Assembly: GCA_040285855.1 (NCBI GenBank)
Contig: JAUFOQ010000002.1
Location: 2,542,001-2,606,000 of the forward strand
Origin: Eukaryota sp. GEM-RC1
Lineage: Eukaryota
Direction: 5' to 3'
DNA length: 64,000 nucleotides
Position numbers and translations under genes: made by a program. The first letter of the stretch is position 1, and each line of letters starts with the position of its first letter. The notes under the pieces were generated by a model. It was not told the origin of the DNA and ran no database searches. It worked only from the letters and a program-made list of their open reading frames with translations. This document shows, one piece after another, positions 35,946 to 47,205 of this stretch.

Positions 35946-37379
35946 TCAATCATCATCACTAACCAGAAGGTCATTATCAATCAAATGTGATGAAGTTGCC
36001 ATTTTGTTTCTGGAAAAAGCAACCGGGGTTTTTAAATCTAAATTTTTCAAAGAGACTGAGAAAAGATCATCGTCTTCATCCATTTGTAAGTCATCAAACT
36101 CATCAATCACGTCATCACTCAACAGCTGATCAGAACTGGAAGGAGAAGGGCTCAAATCTAATGGTGATTGAGGAGCAGTTTCCTTTTCTGAATAAGAGAC
36201 TGTTTTCACACGTTGTTGTGACATTGCGAGAAAATTTGACAGTGATGCAACAGTTTTGGAAAGGTAAGGGGTCCGTGGAAGTTTTAAATTTGCTGGAGTA
36301 TTGGTTTTCGAAGGGGTATCAAAATATTTTAAAATATTTGAATTTTGAGGAGTTTTTGGCGGGTAAGCTAAAAACTGCGACGGTTTGAAATGAACCTCAA
36401 GTTCAGATATTGTATCGTCCAGTAAAGCAATGTGTTGTTTGCATTGAGATTGAATTGTTTCCAAATTATTTAAATTTTGATTTAGTACTGGCAGTTTTTG
36501 TTGAATATCTGAGACAAAACTCGCAATGGCTTGCAAGTCTTCCGAAGTCCCCAAATTTTTGGAAATCAAGGGCAGATTTTCAATTGCTGATACAAATTTT
36601 AAAATATACTCTGATAATTTAATAAACTTCTCCCCAGTAAAACCAATATCAAACACTTGCGACCTAGCACTTCCAATATTCAAACAGTCTTCAGGAACAC
36701 TAGACTCAAGTGAAGAAACAATCCGACTGAGTTCTTTCAACTTTTGAATACCCACATGGCCTTGGCCACTTGAACCAGAAGTAACTTCCTCAAGTTGTTT
36801 CTTTGTGGTATACTCTCTCCTGTTGATGTCTCTCCAGAGAGTAACAAAGCGATCACAAACAGGGGAGATGTTTGAGTAGTGTTTGGTTAGAGCTTGGAGT
36901 GACGTGGAGAAATTTTGGAGGGAAGTAGAAAGATGCTGTCGAGCTGCAGTGGAGACAAGTTGTTGATGGGACATAGGTAGTGATGAAAAGTGACGAGGAA
37001 GAGGAATGGATCGTACAGGATGATTTCTAGGAAGAAGACTCCATGTAACATGAAGAGAAAGATTGCAAAGAATGATGATGACTTTAGCAGAAGAAAGAGC
37101 AGAGATGCGTGATGATCCAGGAGCAAGATAACCTTGGGATTCAAGACCCTTAATGACAGTAGTGACGATTTTGTCAAAAGACCTCTGATGTTGACGATCT
37201 AGAACTGGCCAACAGTCTGAAAACTTCGTGAGTTTGCCCTTGGTCAGTAAGAAATGGAAAACCGTGTTTGACCATTTTCGATCAGGAGCTACAATAGTGG
37301 TCTTTGTCATGGGTGTATCATTTGCCGCAAAGTTAAAGTTAAGAAGTTGCAGAACCTGGTAGAGGCGTTGGAAGGACAT
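35946..37379 (-). CDS. HAUS6/Dgt6 (augmin subunit)-like protein
   Basis: N-terminal PDRKWSNTVFHFLL...FSDCWPVLDR..QRSF resembles HAUS6_N, followed by coiled coil and a disordered acidic tail. First in-frame ATG is at 37379. Confidence 0.5.
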   Translation of the reverse strand: MSFQRLYQVLQLLNFNFAANDTPMTKTTIVAPDRKWSNTVFHFLLTKGKLTKFSDCWPVLDRQHQRSFDKIVTTVIKGLESQGYLAPGSSRISALSSAKVIIILCNLSLHVTWSLLPRNHPVRSIPLPRHFSSLPMSHQQLVSTAARQHLSTSLQNFSTSLQALTKHYSNISPVCDRFVTLWRDINRREYTTKKQLEEVTSGSSGQGHVGIQKLKELSRIVSSLESSVPEDCLNIGSARSQVFDIGFTGEKFIKLSEYILKFVSAIENLPLISKNLGTSEDLQAIASFVSDIQQKLPVLNQNLNNLETIQSQCKQHIALLDDTISELEVHFKPSQFLAYPPKTPQNSNILKYFDTPSKTNTPANLKLPRTPYLSKTVASLSNFLAMSQQRVKTVSYSEKETAPQSPLDLSPSPSSSDQLLSDDVIDEFDDLQMDEDDDLFSVSLKNLDLKTPVAFSRNKMATSSHLIDNDLLVSDDD

Positions 37380-37440
37380 TTGATTGATTTTCAGTTTGGG
37401 CAAACATGCTTTGACACATCACGATGAAAACATCTCTTCA

Positions 37441-38518
37441 TTATAGAAAACACATGTTTATATACAGGTAATAGAACGTTTTATATACAGGAAATGATAT
37501 GAGGTGATAACTATACAATGCTGAATCAGGAAAGGAGTCTGAAAAAATGACGTGACTGGTAATGGGTCTTGAAAATAGCAGGTGGAAGGGTCTAGGGGGT
37601 TGGTGGCGGCGTCTTGATAAACATCGAGACACTTCTTGTCCTGGCTTGCTCTTCAACGCCCAGTATTTCAGATCGAATGATGGCGAGAGCTTGTTGCTTA
37701 ACAACATTATGATGGCAGTTTATGTGTCTGACATATCGTTGGAAGGAGCGATATCCGGTAGGATCAAAATGAGCCAATCCCTTTATTTTGAAGCAGAGAC
37801 TTCTTATCTGATAGTCACTAAGATATTCTTCATCTCGGAAGTAACTCCAGAGTTCACTTATGGCTTTGCTTAATGCGCGACTGTCGAACATTTTAAGGAA
37901 AGAATTCTGGATTATTAGAACATGACGCACGTTTTGGATTTCTTCCTGTCCAAATTAAGGGAATGTCTTCGGTAAAAAGAATTACTTTGTCAATGACAAA
38001 TACAACATCGTACTCATTAAAACTAACTCCATATGTATTGGTGTAGATATGATAGGTTCAGTAATGGGGGTGGTAGGGAAGACAACTTAATCTACCAATG
38101 TAAAAAAAAACTGGACATGGGGACTGAGGAACACGAACACATTAATGCTAATGAAGATTACAATTGATTGAATACAAGTGATCGAATATAGAACACTAAA
38201 CCACTGGAAAAAAAGTTTATATCGATAGATGCAAAGGACAAAAATACAGTATAAAATAAAATCGATGAACACTACTAGTAGAAACAGAAAATTGCCGACA
38301 GTATTATTACAGTTCTTATAGAGCTTTGATGAAATAGATAAAAAGTCAAGCGACTTACTACTTAAACTAGTTCGAGCGATCAGTTCAAAAGAAAAAGAAA
38401 CAGGTAATTCGAGTAACCAATGAATGGCATAAGTAAACCACACCACCACGACAATTTGGTAATACTGAGCCCTCAAAGGTAGCTGGTCTAGAACCATTGA
38501 AGGAGAACACATCAACAC
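37441..38518 (-). CDS. Fragmented hypothetical protein with a hydrophobic (membrane) segment
   Basis: Consecutive same-strand ORFs 38087-38518 (multi-TM-like) and 37592-37930. Boundaries are uncertain. Confidence 0.35.
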
Positions 38519-38545
38519 AAGACAATAAATAAGTTCTCAAGGGAG

Positions 38546-39845
38546 TTAACTACCAGGAAGAGAAAAAGAAGACGACACAAACCAGTCATCAAAGGAGTTC
38601 AAGTATTCGTCAATATTTGAAAAGGAGTCGTCTCCAAAGTAAATGACAACAGAACGTGCCTTGAAAGCGAATCGACCAGAATATGGGACAAGATACTCAG
38701 AATTGAGATGAGAAGATCTGACTGCAATGAACAATTGAGAACGTTTAGCTCTAGTAACAGCAATAGGAGAAGATATAAGTGATCTAGAGATGGCGCGACA
38801 AGTGGTGAAACGTACAGGGTTTGATGAGGAGTTTAATTGCAGGAGAACGGCGCCTCTTAAAGCAAGGAGAGAAGAACCACGAGCAAGCAATACATCAGAT
38901 ACATGAGACTGATTTATTTCTGTAATGATCGATCTAATTGACGGAAGAAGTGAACAGAATATTGAGATACGACGTTTCTTCGCTGCATGTGTTGCTGATT
39001 CAGGGATGAGAGAATCAAGGGGACACGGTATTTGTAACTGGAGATAGAGAAACAAATCCAAGCATCGCCAAATGAAAGGTATAGAGTCAGTGGAGGGCTC
39101 TAAAAGAGAGAGTCAAAGCGCTCCACCGTATACATGAGATGTATAAGAGAGAGAAAGAGTTAATAATGATACACCTGACAGAATTATGGTACAGATTTCA
39201 CAGAAATAGCATCATCTATATCAGCAAATGACGAACATGCAACAGATGAGAATCCCTGAAAGGACATTACCGACTCAGAAAGAGAAGGTGTTCGGGACTT
39301 AATTAGAGAAAAGTCGTCATCTGAATCAGAGTTGTGTTCAGTTGAATTAATAGAAGAAACAGAATACCTAGACAGATCAAACTCCGGACTAGAATCAGAG
39401 GATATGTTCGAATAGGTCGCAGTTGGTGTTGCCGCAATTATAGGAGATTCGGATGTCAACAAAGACACACTGGGAGAAGAGACAACGGAACTAACTTGTG
39501 TGTGGACTTTCTGTAATTCATGTGCAATGTTTTCCTTGATGTGTCGGACTTTTGGGGAAAAAGAGAGGGAATAACTTTCAGATCTTATAGAACTTGAAGG
39601 AACAACTCCAAGTAGACGAAGAGCGTCCTTTGATAGTGTAGGAGTCATTGAAGGTAGGCCTATGTCCTGATCGTAGGTTTAAGTAAATTCTCCTTTTTTA
39701 ATAGACACTCCTCTCCAATTATAGTCTTCCCTCGGCTTAGTGCCACTGTTTGGACCGGCACTAAACCAAGGTCGGCACTAAATCGAGGGATATGTACATT
39801 ATTGAAAATCAGCAAGGAAGTTCTGTGCAGCACATCAATGCCCAA
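38546..39845 (-). CDS. Fragmented hypothetical protein, Ser-rich N-terminal half
   Basis: Adjacent same-strand ORFs 39660-39845, 39184-39648 and 38546-39061; no recognisable domain. Confidence 0.35.
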
Positions 39846-39899
39846 ATTTCATATTTCGAAATTCTCACCTACCTTATCCTCATAATGTCTTCCAAGATT

Positions 39900-40520
39900 T
39901 AACAAAGCGGTTAGAAACAGAAGTCGTCATTCCTTTAAAGACAACAAACACGATTTTCTGAATTGTGTGTGATGATTAATTGTTGTAAATTTACTTGTTT
40001 GGTAAAATATTTTTATTCCGATTTGTATCCTTCTTTAAAATTCATTCCGTTTGCTACATCAATTCTTGTTAATAATGGAAGTGCTGCTGAGAATTTGTTT
40101 GATATCTTTTCAAAATTGTGTAGTCATCAAAGAGAAAACTTTTATCAGAATCTGTGGCGCAATCGCATGGTTTCTCTTTGGTAGAAGTTCTCCAAAGTAC
40201 TTGAATCGTATACTGGACAAATTGTATCGTTGTGGTTCAAGAGTAGAAGTAGATCATTTAGTATCATTTAAGTACTACATTGTAGTAGTTTGTATTTCGT
40301 TAAATTATGACATGAACTTTATGAATTAAATTGTTTATAGATGAAAGGGACAAAAATACACATCAAAATAAAAGCTATGAAACACTAGACAGAAAATTTT
40401 TGGTCAACACTACCACAGTTCTTATACAACTTCGTGATAATTGATTTAATCAACTTAGACATCGAACCTAACAGAGAGAATAATCTAACGGTTATGCCAA
40501 ATTGATAAGTGAAATCTCTT
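39900..40520 (-). pseudogene. Degenerate paralog of the 37441-38518 gene
   Basis: 40341-40440 aligns by eye with 38228-38330 (both encode KLYKNC...FIL.CIF...IY); multiple stops. Confidence 0.45.
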
Positions 40521-40809
40521 AACTTTATGAAAAGAGAAGAGTTTATTTGCAACAATAAATTAATACATATTAATTCAGAAAAACTTAACTAAAACTTAAC
40601 TAAAACTTCTTAACTTTATGAATTAATTTAATTTTTTAAGGCATTTTCACAGCTTGCGTCAAAGTAGGAAGTAATTGTTTTTGAAACTGTGCAAACAGTA
40701 TGAAAGCAATAGTAACGAAGATTGCCGTTTTGGCTTTCTTTAGTTAGGTTTTGATTGTAAGGTCTTTGGATTGAAACACGAATCTCAGAGGAAAGTTTGC
40801 ATTTTCAAG

Positions 40810-40883
40810 GCTCTGTTAGCTCAGCTGGTTAGAGCGTGGTGCTAATAACGCCAAGGTCACAGGTTCGATCCCTGTACAGAGCA
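40810..40883 (+). tRNA. tRNA-Ile (AAT)
   Basis: Acceptor GCTCTGT/ACAGAGC, A-box TAGCTCAGCTGG, anticodon arm TGGTG-CT-AAT-AA-CGCCA, T-loop GGTTCGATCC. Confidence 0.95.
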
Positions 40884-40888
40884 TTTTT
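40884..40888 (+). terminator. Pol III oligo(T) terminator of tRNA-Ile
   Basis: TTTTT immediately after the discriminator base. Confidence 0.75.
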
Positions 40889-41070
40889 ATACTTTTCGAT
40901 ATATTGTTTGATGGCATACTATAATTTATACTATAATTTGCACAACATATTTCCGCACACTTGTGAATACAGTGGCTTCAAGGGATTGTATCAATATCTA
41001 TCATCGTAAGATATCTACTAATGTTCTTAAAACTGACCAAAAGTGTCCATTATCAACCTTGTAGTATATT

Positions 41071-42675
41071 ATGTTCACTTGCGTCATTTACGTATGTCGC
41101 TCTGCTCTTCGGAGTGAGAACAATGATGCATTGATTGAAGCAATTGCTTCAGCCAATTCATTTCACCTTCCCCTTGTTACTATATTCTTTCTTCCTGAAC
41201 ATGTTTCAGCAAGAAGACTCTCTTTCTGGTTAGAGGGAGCTCGAGAAGCTATTGATGGGATGATTCAAAGAGATGTACATCCTATTCTCTACCCTGCTCA
41301 TGACGTGAATCTCGTTCTGACTTTTTATCAAGAAAAGGCTGCCGAGGTCTTTCTTGATTCATGTTATCTTCCTGAAGAACTTGCATTCGACTCTGCAGTT
41401 TTCGCCAAGTTTGGACCAAGAGCACGTGTCATATCTACCAGCACCATTATCCCTCCTCAACGAATAGTCAACTGTCCTACTTTCCCTGTATTTCTTCCCA
41501 GAGCAAATGCTCTCTTGAACACCTTTCTAAGCCTCCCAGAAGATCCTACTGAAGGCTTGAGTTACGTTCAAAGCAAAAGCCTACCTCCAATCCCCTCAGT
41601 AGAACAACTGGATCCCGCCGATCACACCATAATCCCCAAGTTCTGTCTTGATCCAACAATTGGACCTGCCCCTGGCTTTGTGGGTGGTCTTTATGCTGCC
41701 CGTACTCGTCTCCTTGCCTTCCTCGATCGTCTCGAAGACTATCCTCATGCTCTTTCTACCGTAGACTCTGACAACACCAGTCGCTTATCCGCATTCTTAG
41801 CTCAGGGCCACATCTCTCCACAGGAAGTAGTCCTAGCTGCTCAACTTCACGTAGAAAAGCTAGGAGAACCTCAACAACACACTGCTGCAGTGGGATTAAA
41901 GAAGTTTCTGGAGAACGTATTTGGAAGGCGTGAGCTCTGCTACAATCACGTATATCACAATCAAGAAGCCTATCGTCGACTACTCAACCTTCCTTTTGAT
42001 GCTGACATCATTGACGTTGGTAATGCGCTGTTACTTGCTCTTCCAGATTGGGCTAGAATCACTATAGAGTCTCATACCGGGGATATCCGTCATTTTGAAA
42101 CCAACCCGTCCTTTGTAGAAGCAGGGAAAACTCCAGATGAAGTTTGGAACATGACTCATAGACTTTTCATTACGACAGGCTACCTTCACCCAACTCTACG
42201 TACTTATTGGGCTCGTAAGATTCTAGAGTTCCTCCCTACACCAGAGGAAGCTCTTGGAATGGCTTGGAGAATGAACAATAGGTTTGGTTTGGACGCTGGT
42301 ACTTTGGCTTTTCCTGGTCTTTTATCTGCATTTGGATTGTTTGGATCTCCTATTTCATCAGAAAGGCCTATCTATGGTTTCCTACCTTCAGCAGATTCAT
42401 GTTTAGATGAAGAGGTTAGACGAAGGACAAGAAGATCTTCTCAAGTTGAGGAGGGTGTTTCTGGATTTAATGCAAAGAAGTTTTGTGAAGAAACTGAACT
42501 TGCGATTGAGGAAGCCTGGACAACTGTTTCGACTACGGATTGTGCTGGTATTGGTATTGGGGTTGAACGACGTCATTCTGATGCTTTTGGGTTCCATGTA
42601 CCTGGTGAACCTTTCTCTTCAGCTGCTGTTGATACGGATAGGATTAGAAGTTTGACAACTCTGGAAGAACCGTAA
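41071..42675 (+). CDS. Class II CPD photolyase-like protein (divergent)
   Basis: R..R.ENNDAL, SRLSAFLAQGHISPQ, FLEN..GRREL, LPDWARITI..H..D.R, GKT.D..WN, GYLH..LRTYWARKILE, ERPIYG. Confidence 0.8.
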   Translation: MFTCVIYVCRSALRSENNDALIEAIASANSFHLPLVTIFFLPEHVSARRLSFWLEGAREAIDGMIQRDVHPILYPAHDVNLVLTFYQEKAAEVFLDSCYLPEELAFDSAVFAKFGPRARVISTSTIIPPQRIVNCPTFPVFLPRANALLNTFLSLPEDPTEGLSYVQSKSLPPIPSVEQLDPADHTIIPKFCLDPTIGPAPGFVGGLYAARTRLLAFLDRLEDYPHALSTVDSDNTSRLSAFLAQGHISPQEVVLAAQLHVEKLGEPQQHTAAVGLKKFLENVFGRRELCYNHVYHNQEAYRRLLNLPFDADIIDVGNALLLALPDWARITIESHTGDIRHFETNPSFVEAGKTPDEVWNMTHRLFITTGYLHPTLRTYWARKILEFLPTPEEALGMAWRMNNRFGLDAGTLAFPGLLSAFGLFGSPISSERPIYGFLPSADSCLDEEVRRRTRRSSQVEEGVSGFNAKKFCEETELAIEEAWTTVSTTDCAGIGIGVERRHSDAFGFHVPGEPFSSAAVDTDRIRSLTTLEEP

Positions 42676-43673
42676 TTTTTGATATAAAGTATAATTAAGC
42701 ACATGTTACTTTTATCTGTTCAATACCATTAATACTAACAAAGGAGATGCCATTATATCTACACCTTCCCATATTCTTGTCTCAATTCAAAGAGACAGTT
42801 TAAAGTCGAACCAAAACACCAAAACATTGATTTAAAGGGTAAAATGATGTCAGAAAACTTTCATTAAAATTTTCTCCAAACTGTTTACGTCTACACAATT
42901 TGTCCAAAAGTTTCACGCTTTTGGTGAAGAAAAATTAGCAAAAGGATGAGGAACAAACGGGTTGTGTAGACGAGAACTGATCTTGGTAATTATTAATTAT
43001 ATCTAACTACATGTAATTTTTTCGTATCAGGAGCTTCAAAAGCTGATTGTTTTCATCTAAAATTTTGTTAACATAAGTTGAGTTACAAGGATCAACTGTA
43101 CTACTAGTAGTACTGATTTCCATAATAATTTCTTGTTATTCATGTCATATGGAACTGAAAATATTTCAACGATGAGTAAAGAGTCAGTTCAGTTCTTGTA
43201 GTATTGAACTGGACTAATTAACATTGTTAGGTAATTCAGTCCTCGGTTTGAAATAAAATGAGTGTACAAAATAGTCTGTAAAAGTCAAGCTAACTGTTTA
43301 CAATCCGTTAACGACTTCTGATGAAATGATGATCTATCCTACTTCTCTTCAATTTGCTTATCACAAAGATATGACAATGGCCACTGTTGATCACGACAGA
43401 AGACCTAGAAGAAATTGTCCACCGTCTCTCCGATCACTGTCCAGTTCTCATACAGTTCCTGTGTCCAGTCGCTTTCACACTTCCAAAGTCGATCGAAGTA
43501 GACAAATGAGACGAGAAATAGACTAATAGGACGAATAAGACCAATGAACTGAATTTCATCGTCAAAATAGTTAGAGGATATTGCAAAACAGGAATTAAGT
43601 GTAAAATTTACAAATAAATACATAGTGCATATGTACAATAATAACTTGAATAAAGACTAACAATTAAGAGAAA

Positions 43674-44445
43674 CTATAAACAACGTTCCCAAGCATCAAA
43701 AGTCAACTCAGGATGCAATATAAAGGGATTTACAGACTTTTGAAGATACTCAATCTTTTCTGCTCTAAGCTTTTCAGCCTTCATCACAGGGAACTTCTTA
43801 TGCCAATCAAGGAAAGTCTTTACTTCACCAACCTTTTGATGTCATACTCGGGATACATGGTGAAGAAGTACAAGACACTGCGTGCCACAGTTCCTTTGTG
43901 AGCATCACGTGGCATGAAAGCCTAAGATAAGAACTGAGAAGAAAGAAACCTTTCGATTAGCCCAAGAATACTCCTGAGAATGCTTAGGGAGCTGTTTAAC
44001 AACTTCCATGTCAATCATCCATTTCTCCGTTTCTTCGACTGTCAGATTTTTAAAGGGGTAATTAGATCGGATGCTGTTGAATTTGTCGTAAGACGGAAAG
44101 AGATGGTAGAGATCAGATACCATTGGATTTTTCTTGGAGAAGAAAGACTGGGGGATTGTATGTTCGCAGTTGATGTACTTAATGTCGGTGCCGTTGGTTG
44201 GTTTAAAGGGGAAAAGGTAACCACCGTATACGCACTCAACGTGGTTATCATAGTTGTCAATCCAGTTGTACCTTACAATAAGAAAAGAAGACTGCATACA
44301 TATACTCCCGTGCTAACTTGTAACCTAGAACCTTATGACCATCATAAAATTTGTGCTTGAGTTTGGCACGAAAGTCTTTACAAGAGTCAGCAGCAACAAG
44401 GACGATGAAAGATATGATGAGAATGAAAAGGAAAGCGTTCTTCAT
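43674..44445 (-). CDS. Secreted endonuclease I (EndA/Bsn-like His-Me nuclease); two 28-nt introns (44272-44299, 43922-43949) and one apparent frameshift (43834-43837)
   Basis: Signal peptide, INCEHTIPQS, SDLYHLFPS...NSIRSNYPF. After splicing it continues FMPRDAHKGTVARSVLYF...WHKKFPV...Q...NPFI. Confidence 0.82.
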
Positions 44446-44578
44446 GAGGGAGGTAAAATGATCAGATCGGAAGGAATATGAAGTTTCCCAAAATAGTTCA
44501 AAACCACGTCATTTCCCATTGATTCCACAATAAATTCACAATTCCATTTATTCCACAACAAAGATGCTTCTGCTGTAG

Positions 44579-44670
44579 TTGGATTTAGTCTTAGTATTAT
44601 TTGTTTGTTTTGACAATTTCATAGTTTTGTAGGAAGGTTACCTTATTGGGTACCGAATAAAGTCTCTCTC
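44579..44670 (+). repeat. Dispersed ~85-bp repeat, copy 2
   Basis: Matches 7625-7709; ends AATAAAGTCTCTCTC. Confidence 0.6.
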
Positions 44671-44913
44671 TAGATACATGTCCAATGTATTGTAACAGGA
44701 ACAAATTATAGTAGGGTTATTTTTTGTGGAAGACTATTTGTTCATGCACAGAACATTTTGATGAATAACCACAGCATTAATATTAATTCGTAGAAGTTGC
44801 AAGTAGCGGAAGCTGAAAAATATGAAATATGTGTTTTATGATAGACATATAGTGCTGATTGCGTAAAAAAATTAAACAAAAGCTGTGATCAGATAATCAT
44901 AAAATAAAGCGTA

Positions 44914-44998
44914 TCAGACAGCCAAGAGTTAATCCACACAATCATCGCTAATTCTGTTCGGATTTTAGTCGCGAAACCATAACTCGTTTTGTCATCAT
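44914..44998 (-). ncRNA. SNORD53: Box C/D snoRNA, U53/SNORD53-type, copy A (in intron 44883-45022)
   Basis: Box C ATGATGA, D' CCGA, C' GCGATGA, box D CTGA. Guide CTCTTGGCTGT is complementary to conserved LSU ACAGCCAAGGG; TGGTTTCGC is complementary to the adjacent GCGAAACCA. Confidence 0.85.
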
Positions 44999-45126
44999 GA
45001 TATCAAGAAACAAAGTACATACTTAAACTTGGGTAGAATAACAAGCATTCAACAATTCTCACAAGACAGCACACACCGAGTCAGTTGCAAATAGCTGGGG
45101 TAAGAAGCAAATAAAATGAGAGTATA

Positions 45127-45211
45127 TCAGACAGCCAAGAGTTAATCCACACAATCATCGCTAATTCTGTTCGGATTTTAGTCGCGAAACCATAACTCGT
45201 TTTGTCATCAT
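45127..45211 (-). ncRNA. SNORD53: Box C/D snoRNA, U53/SNORD53-type, copy B (in intron 45095-45235 or 45095-45239)
   Basis: Core identical to copy A. Confidence 0.85.
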
Positions 45212-45332
45212 GATATCAAGAAACAAAGTACATACTTACGGTGTTGCAGAAACACTACAATAACAATTCCTCAGGACGACATATGAGAGACAGTTCTATA
45301 GAGCTAGGATAAGAAGCAAAAAGGAGAGTATA

Positions 45333-45417
45333 TCAGACAGCCAAGAGTTAATCCACACGATCATCACTAATTCTGTTCGGATTTTAGTCGCGAAACCATA
45401 ACTCGTTTTGTCATCAT
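45333..45417 (-). ncRNA. SNORD53: Box C/D snoRNA, U53/SNORD53-type, copy C (in intron 45304-45440)
   Basis: Same core, with a canonical C' box GTGATGA. Confidence 0.85.
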
Positions 45418-47070
45418 GGTACAATGGAAGAAAAACATACTACAATGGCGTAAGAAAAGTGTTAGAGAAGTTTGTATAAAGTTTGCATAAAGGTCTGATA
45501 CCACTGACGCACTTTAGACCTTTACAATTTCAGACCTAACATCTTCCCTCATCTCCCTCGCCTTCTCTTCCGTTCTTGAAGACTTTTACATCACAGTGTG
45601 TTTGACTTGGGATCTTCTTCATTCACACGAAGATTTTCGATCTCTTCCCCTGCCAGGATATTCTGAGTCTCACAGTCCTCTATTAGTAGATGGGTTTCTT
45701 TCTATTTAAGATTGAAGTCCAAACGTGATCGTTTAGCTTCTGAATAGAAGTACTCAACTATACAATGCCTCATCTTTACCACATATATGAGTGTTGTCAT
45801 CAACGTTGTGTAGAGACATTGTGTATACCCACATTATGATTTGACCACTGTCTATGTCTGTAGCTTATTATTTTCACAGTTTCTCTCAAGAGGATCTGGT
45901 GTTCCTTTATCATTGTACACAATCAACTGTTCCTCCATGGTTTGTTTAATCACTTTATTTTTGTACTCCTAAACGTAAAGAATCTTATACAGCCACATAT
46001 GTCTCAATAATCCATTGCATCAAATGTTAGTTGTCTTTTACACGATCAGTCTTTCTGAGAACCATATGGCGGGTGATACATCTACATCAAAATACACAAA
46101 CCAAATACTGGATCAAGTCCTTCATTTTTGTATTCATCAACAGGGAATGTACCATTGTATGTCAATCACAAGTGTTTACAGTTGGACTTCAAAATTGAAC
46201 AGTACTTTCTTCAAAGCCTTTTTTAATTCTATTTGGAACCTTTTCACGCAAATTTCCCTTCCCACCAGATCTTTGGCTTTCCCCACGAATGGGTTACACC
46301 TTTCAACTCTTACTTGACCCTAATATCGATCTTCGGAACCTTAAGTGTCACGCTTCAGACATTTGGTATTACAACATTTGTAATACAAGATGTGTAATAC
46401 AAAATGAAACTATCAAAATTACCTATATTTTCCAATCTTTTCAAAATTAAATATAATTCAAATAAAACACACATACCAGTCTTTTCATCATTTTCCAAAT
46501 ACTCCTTCAAAACATGAAACAATTCCACAAGCACATCACTACAATAGCGTTCATCAACATTATCCCTGCCAATCACATCGGTGATGTAACAGTTTCTTAT
46601 TGTTTTCACTTCCATACTTGAAGAAGAATCAGATCCAATACAATCTAGTACAATATCGACAATTGACTGAATTCCAATAGTTAAGTATACTCTCAATTGT
46701 TTTGAAGTAGCAACACGATCATACTCCAAAATAGGAGACAATGATATTGTTTCCTAATTCACATTGTCAGTTTGTTGATATTCACATATGGAATCAGTAG
46801 TGTTGCACCTGGGCTCAGCCCTTTACAATTTAGCCCGCCTGGGCTAAGCCCGTTTTGTTTCAGCCCGCCCAATCAAATGACACGCCAGCCCAGCCCAGCC
46901 CATAATTTCATCAGCCCAGCCCAGCCCAGCCCCCAGCCCAAATATGTAAAAATTGATATATTAGTGTCTAACTTTCTTGCTAATAGTTATTAAGTTCTTT
47001 ACATTTGCTATCAGAATAATGAATCTATTCATAATGTCTGGTTGCAATATCAACTATTATTACATGTAAC

Positions 47071-47205
47071 AAAAACGGGGTTTATGATCAGTCAGTGAAA
47101 TAAATGCATCTGCAGAAGTTAATAACTAACAGACACTAACTAAAGTATCTAAACTATGATCCTTCTGTCCATCACCGAGCAATTTACCTAAAATTGAATT
47201 AAAAT
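47071..47205 (-). mobile_element. 5'-truncated copy of the non-LTR element 3' end, inside the hAT
   Basis: Near-identical to about 60732-60866. Confidence 0.75.

Larger units (their letters stand above)
44883..45440 (-). ncRNA. Putative non-coding snoRNA host gene (three introns, two internal non-coding exons; outer ends unknown)
   Basis: Each snoRNA is bracketed by GTATGT and a branch/3' site (CTTATCCTAG, CTTACCCCAG, CTGATCACAG). Internal exons ~45240-45303 and 45023-45094 have stops in all three frames. Confidence 0.7.

Noticed and set aside
44911..45420. CRISPR-like repeat-spacer array
   Set aside because: Repeats are 85-110 bp, there are no cas genes and the context is eukaryotic. Intronic C/D snoRNAs explain the pattern.
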